Shown here: positions 18,029 through 27,753 of the stretch, one piece after another
Position numbering within the stretch: position 1 is the first letter of the stretch
Layout: each line of letters begins with the position of its first letter
Origin: an uncultured SAR86 cluster bacterium
GTDB lineage: Bacteria > Pseudomonadota > Gammaproteobacteria > Magnimaribacterales > AG-339-G14
Assembly (NCBI GenBank): GCA_902625415.1
Contig: CACOBG010000007.1
Location: 6,757-70,756, forward strand
Length of the DNA stretch: 64,000 bases
Reading direction: 5' to 3'
Notes under the pieces: generated by a model
The model's input: only the letters and a program-made list of their open reading frames with translations
Database searches by the model: none
Told to the model about the DNA's origin: nothing
Program-made: the position numbers and the translations under genes

Positions 18029-18998
18029 ATATTTCTATTACAACTTTTCCGGTAGCAGTTCTATCTTCTAAAGATTTTATTGCCTCGACCGCCTGATCTA
18101 AAGAATAGCTTTTTGTAATTTCTGGTTTCAGCTTGCCATCACTATGCAAGGCAAACAATTCTTCAAAATTTTTAGCATTCTCTTCGGGCTCCCTTCCAGT
18201 AAAGCTTCCCCAGAAGACTCCAACTATTGAGCAACCTTTTAGAAGGGCCAAGTTAGTTGGAACGCTAGGAATTCCCGCAGGAAAGCCAATAACCAGTACT
18301 CTGCCTTTCCAGTTTACACATCTCATGCATTGCAAAAAGATATCTCCACCTACAGCATCGTAAATAACGTCTGCTCCTAAGCCATCAGTTAATTCTTTCA
18401 CCTTCTCTTTTAGTTCGCCATCGCCATAGTTAACCAACTCATCAGCACCCAACCTTTTAGCAATATCTAATTTTTCTTGGTTACTAGCAGCGGCTATAAC
18501 TCTGGCACCCATTGCTTTACCAATTTCTATGGCAGTTGTACCGACTCCGCCTCCTGCTCCAGTTACTAATAGTGTTTCGCCTTTCTTTAATTCTCCTCTT
18601 TGCTTTAAAGCATAGTAAGTAGTTCCGTAATTTAGTGGGAAAGCTGCGCCATCTTTGAAATCCATTGATTCAGGTAATGGCATTAAAGTAGCAGCATAAG
18701 CAGATGTTTTTTCTGCTATCCCGCCATTACCGACCATTGCAATTACTCGATCTCCTTCTTCCCAATCAGCAACACCTTCACCTACTTCGGAAATAACTCC
18801 AGCAATCTCTCCTCCCGGAGAAAATGGAAAGGGCGGCTGAAACTGATATTTTCCTTGCACAATTAAGACATCTGGAAAACTCACTCCAGCAGCTTTGACA
18901 TCAATCACAACCATACCTGGCTCTGCTCTTGGATCTTCTATTTCTTCTACTTTATGTGAATCTACTGGACCAAATTCTCTACAGACGTATGCTTTCAT
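18027..18998 (-). CDS. NADPH:quinone oxidoreductase (zeta-crystallin/MDR family)
   Basis: PGGEIAG, GAGGGVG, YDAVGG, GKVVI; no Zn ligands. Confidence 0.88.
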   Translation of the reverse strand: MKAYVCREFGPVDSHKVEEIEDPRAEPGMVVIDVKAAGVSFPDVLIVQGKYQFQPPFPFSPGGEIAGVISEVGEGVADWEEGDRVIAMVGNGGIAEKTSAYAATLMPLPESMDFKDGAAFPLNYGTTYYALKQRGELKKGETLLVTGAGGGVGTTAIEIGKAMGARVIAAASNQEKLDIAKRLGADELVNYGDGELKEKVKELTDGLGADVIYDAVGGDIFLQCMRCVNWKGRVLVIGFPAGIPSVPTNLALLKGCSIVGVFWGSFTGREPEENAKNFEELFALHSDGKLKPEITKSYSLDQAVEAIKSLEDRTATGKVVIEI

Positions 18999-19044
18999 AT
19001 TTCTCCTAAAACCAAATTAATTATTTTTTTAATAGAAACAAACC

Positions 19045-20595
19045 TTATATATCGTTTACGAATTTATCAAGATAAACCTCAAAATCTTCTTCTTCAAGCT
19101 TTTCTAGCTCTTTAAATTTCTTCAAGGAACTTTCTGCTTCTTCTGAGAGGTAATTTAAATCGGTATCAATATTTTTAAGTGAATTTGAATGTTTTTTGGA
19201 TAATTCTAAATTCAGCTCCTCCCAAGTCTTATTTTTAGTTTTCAACTCTTTTATTATTTTTCCAGAGGGTGTTAAGGATGGATCGTTTAACTTTTTTTCT
19301 TGTTCATCAAAAGATTTAAAAACCTTGTCTCTAAAAAGATTCATTTCTTGTGGCATTTGCTCAAAAATAGATCTCAGAGAGTCAATGACTTTCATACCAC
19401 AATCTTTGATAGTGATTCTTTCATTGTTTTTATGTAATTTAAGATCAGGATTTCTACCATTTTTTACAACGTTTTCCCAATTAAATAAAAGTTCTTTTAT
19501 TTCAGACTGAGTAGCTTTTTTGTTTTCATCAAAAAAACAGCCTATCAAATAGGCCTCTAAAAAATAGCTTGTATTTTCATCAATGCCGGCAGGTAAAAAA
19601 GAATTATTATCCAATGCTCTTATTTCTAAGTAGTCTATACCCTGATCTCGCAAAACGTTTATAGGTCTTTCGCCAGGAGGCGTGACTCTTTTTGGTCTGA
19701 TAGAACTGTAATATTCATTTTCAATTTGAATGATTGATGTATTTATTTGAATTCTCTTTCCATTATTAATCAGACCGACTTCACCGTACCTTTTGTGTTC
19801 TTTCGTAAGAGCATGCCTTAAATCTTTCAAGTATTCCTCAATATTATTGTAAGCAATATAAAGTTTATCTTGAGCTTCTGACATGTAACCTAATTCGCTC
19901 ATTCGAAGGCAGGTTGCATGCTCCAAAAAGAGATCTTCGCTGTTTAGTTCACTGAGAAAGTTTTCTCTGTTCGTAATAAAAGTTTTTGGAACCACTGGAC
20001 TTGATCCAAAAAGATAAAGAATCATCCAAGCATTACGTCTAAAATTTCTTATTAAACTCAGATAAGATTTATTTTTAAAGGTTTGGAGATCTTCTTCGCC
20101 TCTTAAATTTTCAAAGAAGGCATCTTTAAAGGAAAAATTATAATGAATGCCAGAGACTGTTTGCATCATCGAACCGTATCTATAGCTTAATCCTGATCTG
20201 TACAAAGTTTTTAGAAGTCCAGAATTTGAAGTTCCGTAATCAGCGAGCCGTATTGAATCTTCGTCCTCTATTTTGCAAGGGATGCTACTTGGCCAAATGG
20301 TCTCAGAAGTTTCTTCAACAACAAATTTACAGATTTCATTCAGATTTTTAAGGACACCTTCTACCGAGGAATGAGTAGGTGTTATCAATTCTAATAGGGC
20401 TTCAGAAAAATCTGTAGTTATGTATTTATTTGTAAGAGCTGAACCTAATGAGGAAGGGTGGTCAGCACTTGAAATGGTATTATCTTTTGAAACTCTAAGG
20501 GATTCTTTTTCAATTCCTCGAGAAATTGAATTTTCTAGGTTTATATCACCCTTATCGGCTAGAAGCGATAAGGCCTCTCCCAAAGACCTTGTCAT
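19045..20595 (-). CDS. gshA: Glutamate--cysteine ligase
   Basis: RGIEKESLRV, TTDFSEALLELIT, GIHYNFS, IENEYYSSIRPKR, YLEIRALD. Confidence 0.95.
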   Translation of the reverse strand: MTRSLGEALSLLADKGDINLENSISRGIEKESLRVSKDNTISSADHPSSLGSALTNKYITTDFSEALLELITPTHSSVEGVLKNLNEICKFVVEETSETIWPSSIPCKIEDEDSIRLADYGTSNSGLLKTLYRSGLSYRYGSMMQTVSGIHYNFSFKDAFFENLRGEEDLQTFKNKSYLSLIRNFRRNAWMILYLFGSSPVVPKTFITNRENFLSELNSEDLFLEHATCLRMSELGYMSEAQDKLYIAYNNIEEYLKDLRHALTKEHKRYGEVGLINNGKRIQINTSIIQIENEYYSSIRPKRVTPPGERPINVLRDQGIDYLEIRALDNNSFLPAGIDENTSYFLEAYLIGCFFDENKKATQSEIKELLFNWENVVKNGRNPDLKLHKNNERITIKDCGMKVIDSLRSIFEQMPQEMNLFRDKVFKSFDEQEKKLNDPSLTPSGKIIKELKTKNKTWEELNLELSKKHSNSLKNIDTDLNYLSEEAESSLKKFKELEKLEEEDFEVYLDKFVNDI

Positions 20596-20604
20596 AAATT
20601 TTTT

Positions 20605-22128
20605 TTAGATAATTGGCCCAGCCTGTCTAATTGCGTCTGAGATATCGAATTTATCTATATTTTCCTTAAATTTAGCTGCCAATTCTTTAGCAGCGTTGTC
20701 ATAATCATCCTTACTAGACCATGTTTCAGCTGGGTTTAAAAGCTTCGTATCGACACCATTAAGCTTTGTAGGTACTTTCACATTCATTATTTCTAGTTTT
20801 TCAGTTCCAGCGTCATTTATAGAGCCATCTTGTATGGCTTTAATAACGGCTCTAGTTACAGGAATATCAAAGCGCTTACCAACCCCATAAGGGCCTCCAG
20901 TCCAGCCTGAATTAACGATAAAAACCTTACTACCAAACTCTTCTATTCTTTTCACAAGTAATTCCGCGTAAACCTTAGCGGGCCTTGGAAAAAAGGGTGC
21001 GCCGTAACAGTTTGAAAAAGTAGAGTCGATATCAGATGATGAACCTAGCTCTGTCGAACCTACTTTAGCTGTATAACCACTGAGAAAATGATAAGCGGCA
21101 GCCTCTTTAGATAAAATCGAGACTGGCGGCATGACGCCTGTTAAATCACAAGTAAGAAAAATTATGTTTTGAGGTTCTCCTCCATAATTTTTTTCTAGGT
21201 GCTGCTCAACATGACTTAAAGGATAAACCGCTCGAGTATTTTCAGTGAGAGTTTGATCGGTGTAGTCAATTTCCAAAGTAGAAGGATTGAAGATGACATT
21301 TTCAACAACTGAACCATGTTTTATGGCATTCCATATGACAGGTTCATTTTTTTGGGATAAATCAACCGTCTTAGCATAGCAACCACCTTCGATATTAAAG
21401 ACGATTCCATTTCCCCAGCCATGTTCATCATCTCCAATGAGCCATCTTTCTGGATCAGCAGAAAGAGTAGTTTTGCCTGTACCCGATAAACCAAAAAATA
21501 AAGATACATCTCCATCAACTCCAGCATTGGCTGCACAATGCATCGGCAATACATCTGCATCTGGCAAGATAAAATTCATAACTCCGAACATAGACTTTTT
21601 CATTTCTCCGGCATATGCGATTCCAAGAATCAGAACTTTCTTATCACTGAAATTAACCATGATAGCTCCATCCGAGTTTGTGCCATGTAGTTCAGGCTTA
21701 CACTCAAAGTTTGGTAGAGATCTCAAAGTCCATACCTCTTTTTTAGCAGGATTAAACGAACTTGGTTTTATGAATAAACTTTGACAAAAAACATTATGCC
21801 AAGCCAATTCATTTTCAACATGAACCGGCTGATAATGTTCATCACTTGCACCAACATGCATGTCGGCTATAAAAATATTTTTATCTTTTATGTAATCTTC
21901 AGATTCTTGCCAAAGCTTGGAAAACTTTTCAGGCTCTATTGGTTGGCTGTCAGCATTCCAATTGACAGTATCATGGGTAATTTCATCATCAACTATGAAC
22001 TTATCTGCTGGACTTCTGCCCGTCCTTTTTCCTGTGGTAACAACTAGAGCACCATTACTCGCGATGACACCTTCTTTATTATCAACTGCAATTTTTATAA
22101 GGTCGTCAATTGGCAAGTTAGAATTCAA
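20605..22128 (-). CDS. pckA: Phosphoenolpyruvate carboxykinase (ATP)
   Basis: [43 protein letters not shown]. Confidence 0.96.
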   Translation of the reverse strand: MNSNLPIDDLIKIAVDNKEGVIASNGALVVTTGKRTGRSPADKFIVDDEITHDTVNWNADSQPIEPEKFSKLWQESEDYIKDKNIFIADMHVGASDEHYQPVHVENELAWHNVFCQSLFIKPSSFNPAKKEVWTLRSLPNFECKPELHGTNSDGAIMVNFSDKKVLILGIAYAGEMKKSMFGVMNFILPDADVLPMHCAANAGVDGDVSLFFGLSGTGKTTLSADPERWLIGDDEHGWGNGIVFNIEGGCYAKTVDLSQKNEPVIWNAIKHGSVVENVIFNPSTLEIDYTDQTLTENTRAVYPLSHVEQHLEKNYGGEPQNIIFLTCDLTGVMPPVSILSKEAAAYHFLSGYTAKVGSTELGSSSDIDSTFSNCYGAPFFPRPAKVYAELLVKRIEEFGSKVFIVNSGWTGGPYGVGKRFDIPVTRAVIKAIQDGSINDAGTEKLEIMNVKVPTKLNGVDTKLLNPAETWSSKDDYDNAAKELAAKFKENIDKFDISDAIRQAGPII

Positions 22129-22226
22129 GTTTAGTCCAGATATAAAAATTAGTTAAAAAAGGTAGATTATTATGCCAAACTTCTTAAACACTTCTCAAGG
22201 GAGAAGGGAATTGTTCTTATTTTATA

Positions 22227-23165
22227 ATGAATGAAACTATAGATTTAAAAAGCGGTCAGCAAGGGTATTTAGAATACAAATCATCTAATCCTTTTGAGTT
22301 CTATCATATTTTAAATGAGCTAGATAAAGCTCCTCAAATTGATGCACAGGGCTGGTTGATATTTCCTGAAAAGGGGAATGGCCCATTTCCAGTCATATTT
22401 TGTGTGCATGGTAGCGACAACTGGGCAGGGCACCATCATGAGCACATATTAAATTTTTTAGAAGCAGGGTTTGCGATTTTCAGGGTACATAGCTTTGACT
22501 CGCGAGGCGTTGCATCTACTGTTGAAGATCAGATGTCTGTCACTGCAGCCATGATGATGGTGGATACTTTCGAGGCTCTTAAAATTGTATCAAGACACCC
22601 CGATATTGACTCTTCAAGAATTGGCATTACCGGTTGGAGCTTAGGCGGAACAGTAAGTTTTTATTCATTTTGGGAGCCCTTAGCTGAAAAATTAGCTCCC
22701 AATGGCGAAAGATTTAAATGTTGTTTGCCCTTTTACCCAGCAACGTATATCAAACCTGAAGAGAATAGGTGGAACTCGGGACCAATCTTAAATCTTGTTG
22801 GCGAAAGTGATAATTACACTCCAGCGGCCTTGGTGCATCAAATGTCAGATATCGTAAACGCATCTGGCGGTAACAGCTCAGTAATATCTTATCCTGGAGG
22901 AGAGCACAGCTTTGATTCCATAAATCCAGTTACGCATTGGCCTGATGCTATTGCAGTATCTGAAAAATTTTGTTCTGTTGCCAAGGATGGCAACATGACT
23001 TATGAAACCGACTCAGGAGAAAAGTTGGGTATGAATCAACCGGAAGACAGAATGAAAATTTTCGAATCCGGAGAAATTCATTTTGGAGCTAGTACGGGAG
23101 GCGACTGGTCAATAAGACGTCAATGCCAAAAAGATGCTTTGAATTTTTTTAAAAAGAACCTTTAG
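22227..23165 (+). CDS. Dienelactone-hydrolase-like alpha/beta hydrolase
   Basis: GWSLGG nucleophile elbow, GESDNYTP, GEHSFD. Confidence 0.8.
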   Translation: MNETIDLKSGQQGYLEYKSSNPFEFYHILNELDKAPQIDAQGWLIFPEKGNGPFPVIFCVHGSDNWAGHHHEHILNFLEAGFAIFRVHSFDSRGVASTVEDQMSVTAAMMMVDTFEALKIVSRHPDIDSSRIGITGWSLGGTVSFYSFWEPLAEKLAPNGERFKCCLPFYPATYIKPEENRWNSGPILNLVGESDNYTPAALVHQMSDIVNASGGNSSVISYPGGEHSFDSINPVTHWPDAIAVSEKFCSVAKDGNMTYETDSGEKLGMNQPEDRMKIFESGEIHFGASTGGDWSIRRQCQKDALNFFKKNL

Positions 23166-23170
23166 CTTTT

Positions 23171-23551
23171 TTAAAAAATAAAATCTCTTTTCGTATAACG
23201 CCAGTATGCAATTACAAAAACAATAAATTCATTTGCAAAAGCAATTGCGGTCCCCGTACCAAAGCTGTTATCTAGAAAAAAGCTTAAAGTTCTCCCAATC
23301 AAAAAACTTCCCATTAAAATACCGAAAGTTAAATAAACTTTTTTTCTAAGCCTAACTCGATAGATGCTTATTAAAGACATTAAGCCTAAAATAGTGAAAA
23401 AGGAATACCAAGCTCTAGTTTCGCTTAAAAAGAAATCAGAAGATTGATTTACACCAATCATATTGGAAATAATTTCTGGAAAGAAAAGCCCTAAAATCCC
23501 AAAACCGAACCATTCGATCCCAAATATAAAAAGAAAAACTTTATCTAACAT
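23171..23551 (-). CDS. Four-helix membrane protein (DUF4345-like)
   Basis: Hydrophobic helices, SETRAWY, GRTLS; family call tentative. Confidence 0.55.
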   Translation of the reverse strand: MLDKVFLFIFGIEWFGFGILGLFFPEIISNMIGVNQSSDFFLSETRAWYSFFTILGLMSLISIYRVRLRKKVYLTFGILMGSFLIGRTLSFFLDNSFGTGTAIAFANEFIVFVIAYWRYTKRDFIF

Positions 23552-23576
23552 TGATTTTTAATTTTTTTGATAGCAT

Positions 23577-24398
23577 ATGTATTTATTTAAGCATATAAAT
23601 AGCAGCATGACTAAAAGAGCCTCGTTTTACTTTATTGGCACTTTATTTATTCTTATTTTGGGAGGCTGGTTTGTAAATGGAAAATATTGGGAGTATTACG
23701 TTATAGATAGAGCAAAAGCACTTGGTCATGAACTTAACGATGAGGAGTTAAAATACTGGACAAAAAATATTCGAAGTTACAATTCACCAAATCGTTTTGA
23801 TGCAGACATTGAGCAATTTGTTCAACAGGATAAGATTTCTTTCCCCCCAATAAATCAATTTCTATTTATAGGAAGTTCCTCAATCAGACTTTGGGACTCC
23901 TTGGAAGAAGACATGAAGCCGCTTAAGGTTATCAACAGAGGTTTCGTAGGGGCACATATTAAACATATAAACCGACATCTAGACAAAATTGTTTTTCCTT
24001 ATAAGCCTAAGGCAATCGTATTTTTTTGCGGATCAAATGATATCAATGGATGGAATTCTCCTCAGGACGTTTTTGCTGAATTTGAAATTTTTTTTGATTC
24101 CGTAAAAAAAGAACTTCCTAAAACAAAGATCTTTGCAATAGGTATTCAGCCTTCACCTAGCAGGTTCGATCAAAGACCAAGACAGCTAGAATGGAACGAT
24201 TTGGTAAATAATCTGTCAAAGACCGATCCTAATTTGGTTTTCGTCGATGTCTCCACTGCAATGTTATCTTCTGATAATAAACCAAGGCTTGAGCTCTATA
24301 CTTACGATACCCTTCATATGAATAAAAAGGGCTATAAAATTTGGACCAAATTGGTCAGGGAAAATTTGAAAAAATATTTTCCAGATGACTTTCTATGA
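23577..24398 (+). CDS. SGNH/GDSL-family esterase, membrane anchored
   Basis: FIGSSSIRLW, NRGF, GSND, DTLH. Confidence 0.88.
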   Translation: MYLFKHINSSMTKRASFYFIGTLFILILGGWFVNGKYWEYYVIDRAKALGHELNDEELKYWTKNIRSYNSPNRFDADIEQFVQQDKISFPPINQFLFIGSSSIRLWDSLEEDMKPLKVINRGFVGAHIKHINRHLDKIVFPYKPKAIVFFCGSNDINGWNSPQDVFAEFEIFFDSVKKELPKTKIFAIGIQPSPSRFDQRPRQLEWNDLVNNLSKTDPNLVFVDVSTAMLSSDNKPRLELYTYDTLHMNKKGYKIWTKLVRENLKKYFPDDFL

Positions 24399-25252
24399 AA
24401 TTAAAGCTGTATCACGCTAAATGGTCTTTGTGCAGCCAAATGGTTCGAGTTGCCATGGAAGAAAAAGGGCTTTCTTATGAAAGCAATTTGATAAAACTTT
24501 GCGATCAATATCCAGAGGCTGAGAATCTATCTCCTGAATATCTCGCAATAAATCCAAAAGGTATCGTGCCTTCATTAGACTTGGGTGGCGAAATAGTCAC
24601 GGAAAGCACAAACATTATTAAAAAATTAAATTCTATTCCTGGTGAAAACGACATAGACTTGTGGCCAGCAGATGTAGACCAAGAGAAACTAAATGCTTGG
24701 GTAGAAGATACCACTCTAACTGATGGCGTTCCTTTAGGGAAAACTTTAGGTACAGCAATACCCCCTTTCTCGATAATTCTTATAAATTTCATGGTTAAAA
24801 AATATTTATCTATTTTTCAAGCCATTAAAGTCTTTTGGAAACATCCCTTGAGAGAAAGAGGGCGCTTTTTTTTAGTCATGAAATTTTTCAATATTCAGAA
24901 GCCAGTAGCAGCTAGGAGCTACAGAGTATTGGCAAAAAGCCTTCTTGATATTGAAAAACATTTAGAAAACTCTGACTCATACTTTCTAGGTAAATTTTCG
25001 CACATAGATATAAATTTAATGTGCTGCTTTCATAGGCTTATCGACGTAAGACTTGAAAAGATTCTAGAGACAGATGAACTGCCAAAAGTAAAAAGTTATT
25101 GGAAACTATTAAAAAGTAGAAAAAGTTACCAAAAATGCATTTTAGATTTCTACGGAGAAAAGGAAAATGGAGATATTGAAGAGGTGTTCGGATCAAATGT
25201 TTCTATGCACTTAGAGCCTCTTAAGAGCATGATCAAAAAATATAAAACCTAA
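24395..25252 (+). CDS. Glutathione S-transferase family protein
   Basis: SLCSQMVR, NPKGIVPSL, ESTNII, FSHIDI. Confidence 0.85.
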   Translation: MKLKLYHAKWSLCSQMVRVAMEEKGLSYESNLIKLCDQYPEAENLSPEYLAINPKGIVPSLDLGGEIVTESTNIIKKLNSIPGENDIDLWPADVDQEKLNAWVEDTTLTDGVPLGKTLGTAIPPFSIILINFMVKKYLSIFQAIKVFWKHPLRERGRFFLVMKFFNIQKPVAARSYRVLAKSLLDIEKHLENSDSYFLGKFSHIDINLMCCFHRLIDVRLEKILETDELPKVKSYWKLLKSRKSYQKCILDFYGEKENGDIEEVFGSNVSMHLEPLKSMIKKYKT

Positions 25253-25265
25253 GCCTTAAGCTTCT

Positions 25266-25427
25266 CTAATGAGCCAAAGGATGTTTTATATGGAATTTTC
25301 TTTTTTTGTGTCTCAACCTAACAAGATGGGCATATAAATTATCGCTTCTTTGCGAGAGCGTTTTCTTCAAACGAGCCCTTCTTTGTCTTGCATGGATTGA
25401 TCGGCCTAACCGTTCATTTCTATCCAT
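25266..25427 (-). CDS. 53-aa highly basic small protein (not in ORF track)
   Basis: Hand translation MDRNERLGRSIHARQRRARLKKTLSQRSDNLYAHLVRLRHKKRKFHIKHPLAH; fills a 250-bp gap; no clear SD. Confidence 0.55.
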   Translation of the reverse strand: MDRNERLGRSIHARQRRARLKKTLSQRSDNLYAHLVRLRHKKRKFHIKHPLAH

Positions 25428-25501
25428 ATATTTAAGATTAGCTATTCTTGACTGATATAGCTACTACTTTAAAATTATTAAAAAAAACTTTGTGATAATT
25501 A

Positions 25502-25813
25502 ATGTTTATTAAAAAAATCATCTTTGCAATACTATTTCTTTTTAGTATTCATGGTCTAAGCGCCGAAGAAAAAAAGACTCCTCCTGTAGTAAAAGAAACC
25601 ATTAAATTTAAAGAATTAACAGAGTTTGATGCGTGCTTTTTAATTTATAGAGCACCAATCAGCTTCAATTTAAAGGATATGTTAAGAGACTACATGAAGT
25701 TCAGAGAATTTGAGTGCGCAAAATACGACGAAATTTTAAAGCGTGCTTCAGTAATAAAAGGTTCTTCTTTTCCAAAAAATTCAAAAGCTTACGAAGTAAA
25801 TAAAAAAAAATAA
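25502..25813 (+). CDS. Secreted hypothetical protein
   Basis: Signal peptide ending GLSA; two Cys. Confidence 0.65.
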   Translation: MFIKKIIFAILFLFSIHGLSAEEKKTPPVVKETIKFKELTEFDACFLIYRAPISFNLKDMLRDYMKFREFECAKYDEILKRASVIKGSSFPKNSKAYEVNKKK

Positions 25814-25842
25814 TTTTCAGGCAATCTTATATACTTTAATTA

Positions 25843-27741
25843 ATGAGCCAAAACTATAATCATCCTTTGAGTACTCTTAGCGCATCTGAAATAGAAGATG
25901 CAGTTTCTATTCTCAGAAAATCTAACAAAGAACATGAAAATTCTTTCTTTAGTTACATTTCCTTAGAAGAGCCAGACAAAAAATTACTCAAAGAAAGCAC
26001 TAATTTAGACAGGTTTGTAAAAATTGTTGGAGTAGACCAAAAATCCATTGGTTTTGAAGCCGAAATAAATATCTCAAAAAAAGAGCTTTTGAAAGAAGAG
26101 AAAATTTCTAATAAGGCAGGACCAACTTATACCTTGGCTGAGATCTTTAAGGCGATTGAGCTAACTATGGGCGATGAGAATTATCAAAAGGCATTGGGAA
26201 AAAGAGGTATAAAAGATTTGAGTCTCATTCAAATAGACCCCTGGCCGGGTGGAGGGTTCGTCAATAAGAACATTAAAAATGGTAATAGAGCTCTCAAAGC
26301 AATATCGTTTTTAAAAGATAGTGAAAAGGACAATGCTTATGCTCGGCCTATTCAGGGCTTGATCGCGCATATTGATCTTACTGAGAGTAAGGTTGTGGAA
26401 GTAGAAGATCATGGTGTTGTTGAAGTTCCTAAAGCTCACGCTAGATATGATAAAGACGGCCAAGAGTCGTTAAGAGAAAATCCAAAGGAAATCGCCATAA
26501 CTCAACCTGAAGGAGTAGGATTCTCTGTTGAAGATAACTTGATTTCGTGGGAGGGTTGGCAACTAAGAGCTTCTATTGATCCCATTGAAGGCTTAGCCTT
26601 ACATCAGGTTTCTTTAAATGATAGACCAATTTTCTACCGAGCAGGATTATCGGACATGGTAGTCCCTTATGGCTCATCTGATCCAATGCACTGGTGGAAG
26701 GCAGTTCACGATGGTACTGAATATGGATTTGGCACTATGACAAATTCTTTAACTTTGGGATGTGATTGTCTCGGGGAAATTCACTACTTGGATGCACATA
26801 AGTTATCCTTTGATGGTTCCGTCGAAACAATCGAAAATGCGATATGCATTCATGAAGAAGATTTTGGCGTTCAGTGGAAACATAATGATTCCACCCAAAT
26901 GGGATACAACGAAGTAAGGCGATCACGTCGTCTCGTAGTAAGTTCCTTTGCAACTATTGGTAACTACGATTACGGCATATTTTGGTATTTATATTTAGAT
27001 GGCACGATTCAATTAGAGATTAAACTAACCGGTGTAGTTGGCATAAGCGCATTCCATGAAGATATCCATAAACAAGGACAAGATTTTAAAATTTCTCCAG
27101 AATTAGCTTCACCAATTCATCAACACCTTTTTAATGTAAGAATTGATTGGGATTTGGATGATGGCGACAATCAGTTATATGAAACTAATGTTGAGCCCTT
27201 ACCTATTAATAACGCAAACCCAGAAGGCACTCAATTTCAAGCTGTTTCATCTCATTTAACAAAAGAGAGTGAAGCACAAAGGAATATTGCTCCAGAAAAA
27301 AGTCGCTCATGGAAAATCGTAAATCCCAAAAAGCTAAATAAAGTTGGCTTGCCAACAGCCTACAAGATACTTTATGGAAATACACCAACGCTGCTATCAA
27401 ATCCCGATTCTCCGCCAGGAAAAAGAGCTTCATTTGCGAAACACAATATTTGGGCAACGCCGTTTCAGAACGAAGAAAGATCTGGAGGAGGCAGACATAC
27501 TGTAATGCATTCTGGAGAAGGTGGTTTAGAAGAGGTTACCGCTAAAGACAGAAACATAAGCGAATGCGATTTGGTTACATGGCTTACTTTTGGGGTAACA
27601 CATTTACCACGTCCGGAAGACTGGCCTGTAATGCCTGTAGAGTATTGTGGGGTTCACCTAATCCCGGTTGGTTTTTTTGATCAAAATCCTACAATTAATC
27701 TCCCTCCAAGTTGCTCGTCTAGGTCAAAAAGCAATAAGTAG
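25843..27741 (+). CDS. Copper/TPQ primary amine oxidase
   Basis: TIGNYDY TPQ motif, Cu ligands HQH and THLPRPED, LGCDCLG; no signal peptide. Confidence 0.93.
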   Translation: MSQNYNHPLSTLSASEIEDAVSILRKSNKEHENSFFSYISLEEPDKKLLKESTNLDRFVKIVGVDQKSIGFEAEINISKKELLKEEKISNKAGPTYTLAEIFKAIELTMGDENYQKALGKRGIKDLSLIQIDPWPGGGFVNKNIKNGNRALKAISFLKDSEKDNAYARPIQGLIAHIDLTESKVVEVEDHGVVEVPKAHARYDKDGQESLRENPKEIAITQPEGVGFSVEDNLISWEGWQLRASIDPIEGLALHQVSLNDRPIFYRAGLSDMVVPYGSSDPMHWWKAVHDGTEYGFGTMTNSLTLGCDCLGEIHYLDAHKLSFDGSVETIENAICIHEEDFGVQWKHNDSTQMGYNEVRRSRRLVVSSFATIGNYDYGIFWYLYLDGTIQLEIKLTGVVGISAFHEDIHKQGQDFKISPELASPIHQHLFNVRIDWDLDDGDNQLYETNVEPLPINNANPEGTQFQAVSSHLTKESEAQRNIAPEKSRSWKIVNPKKLNKVGLPTAYKILYGNTPTLLSNPDSPPGKRASFAKHNIWATPFQNEERSGGGRHTVMHSGEGGLEEVTAKDRNISECDLVTWLTFGVTHLPRPEDWPVMPVEYCGVHLIPVGFFDQNPTINLPPSCSSRSKSNK

Positions 27742-27753
27742 TTTGGGCTTGAA

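Noticed and set aside
22191-22206. Short dyad CTTCTC-AAGG-GAGAAG between pckA and the hydrolase gene
   Set aside because: Only 6 bp, no U-tract and no second copy seen; could be chance.
23934-23960. SGNH block II reads NRGFVG rather than NRGFGG
   Set aside because: The oxyanion Gly and the Ser/Asn/Asp/His residues are retained, so there is no sign of inactivation.
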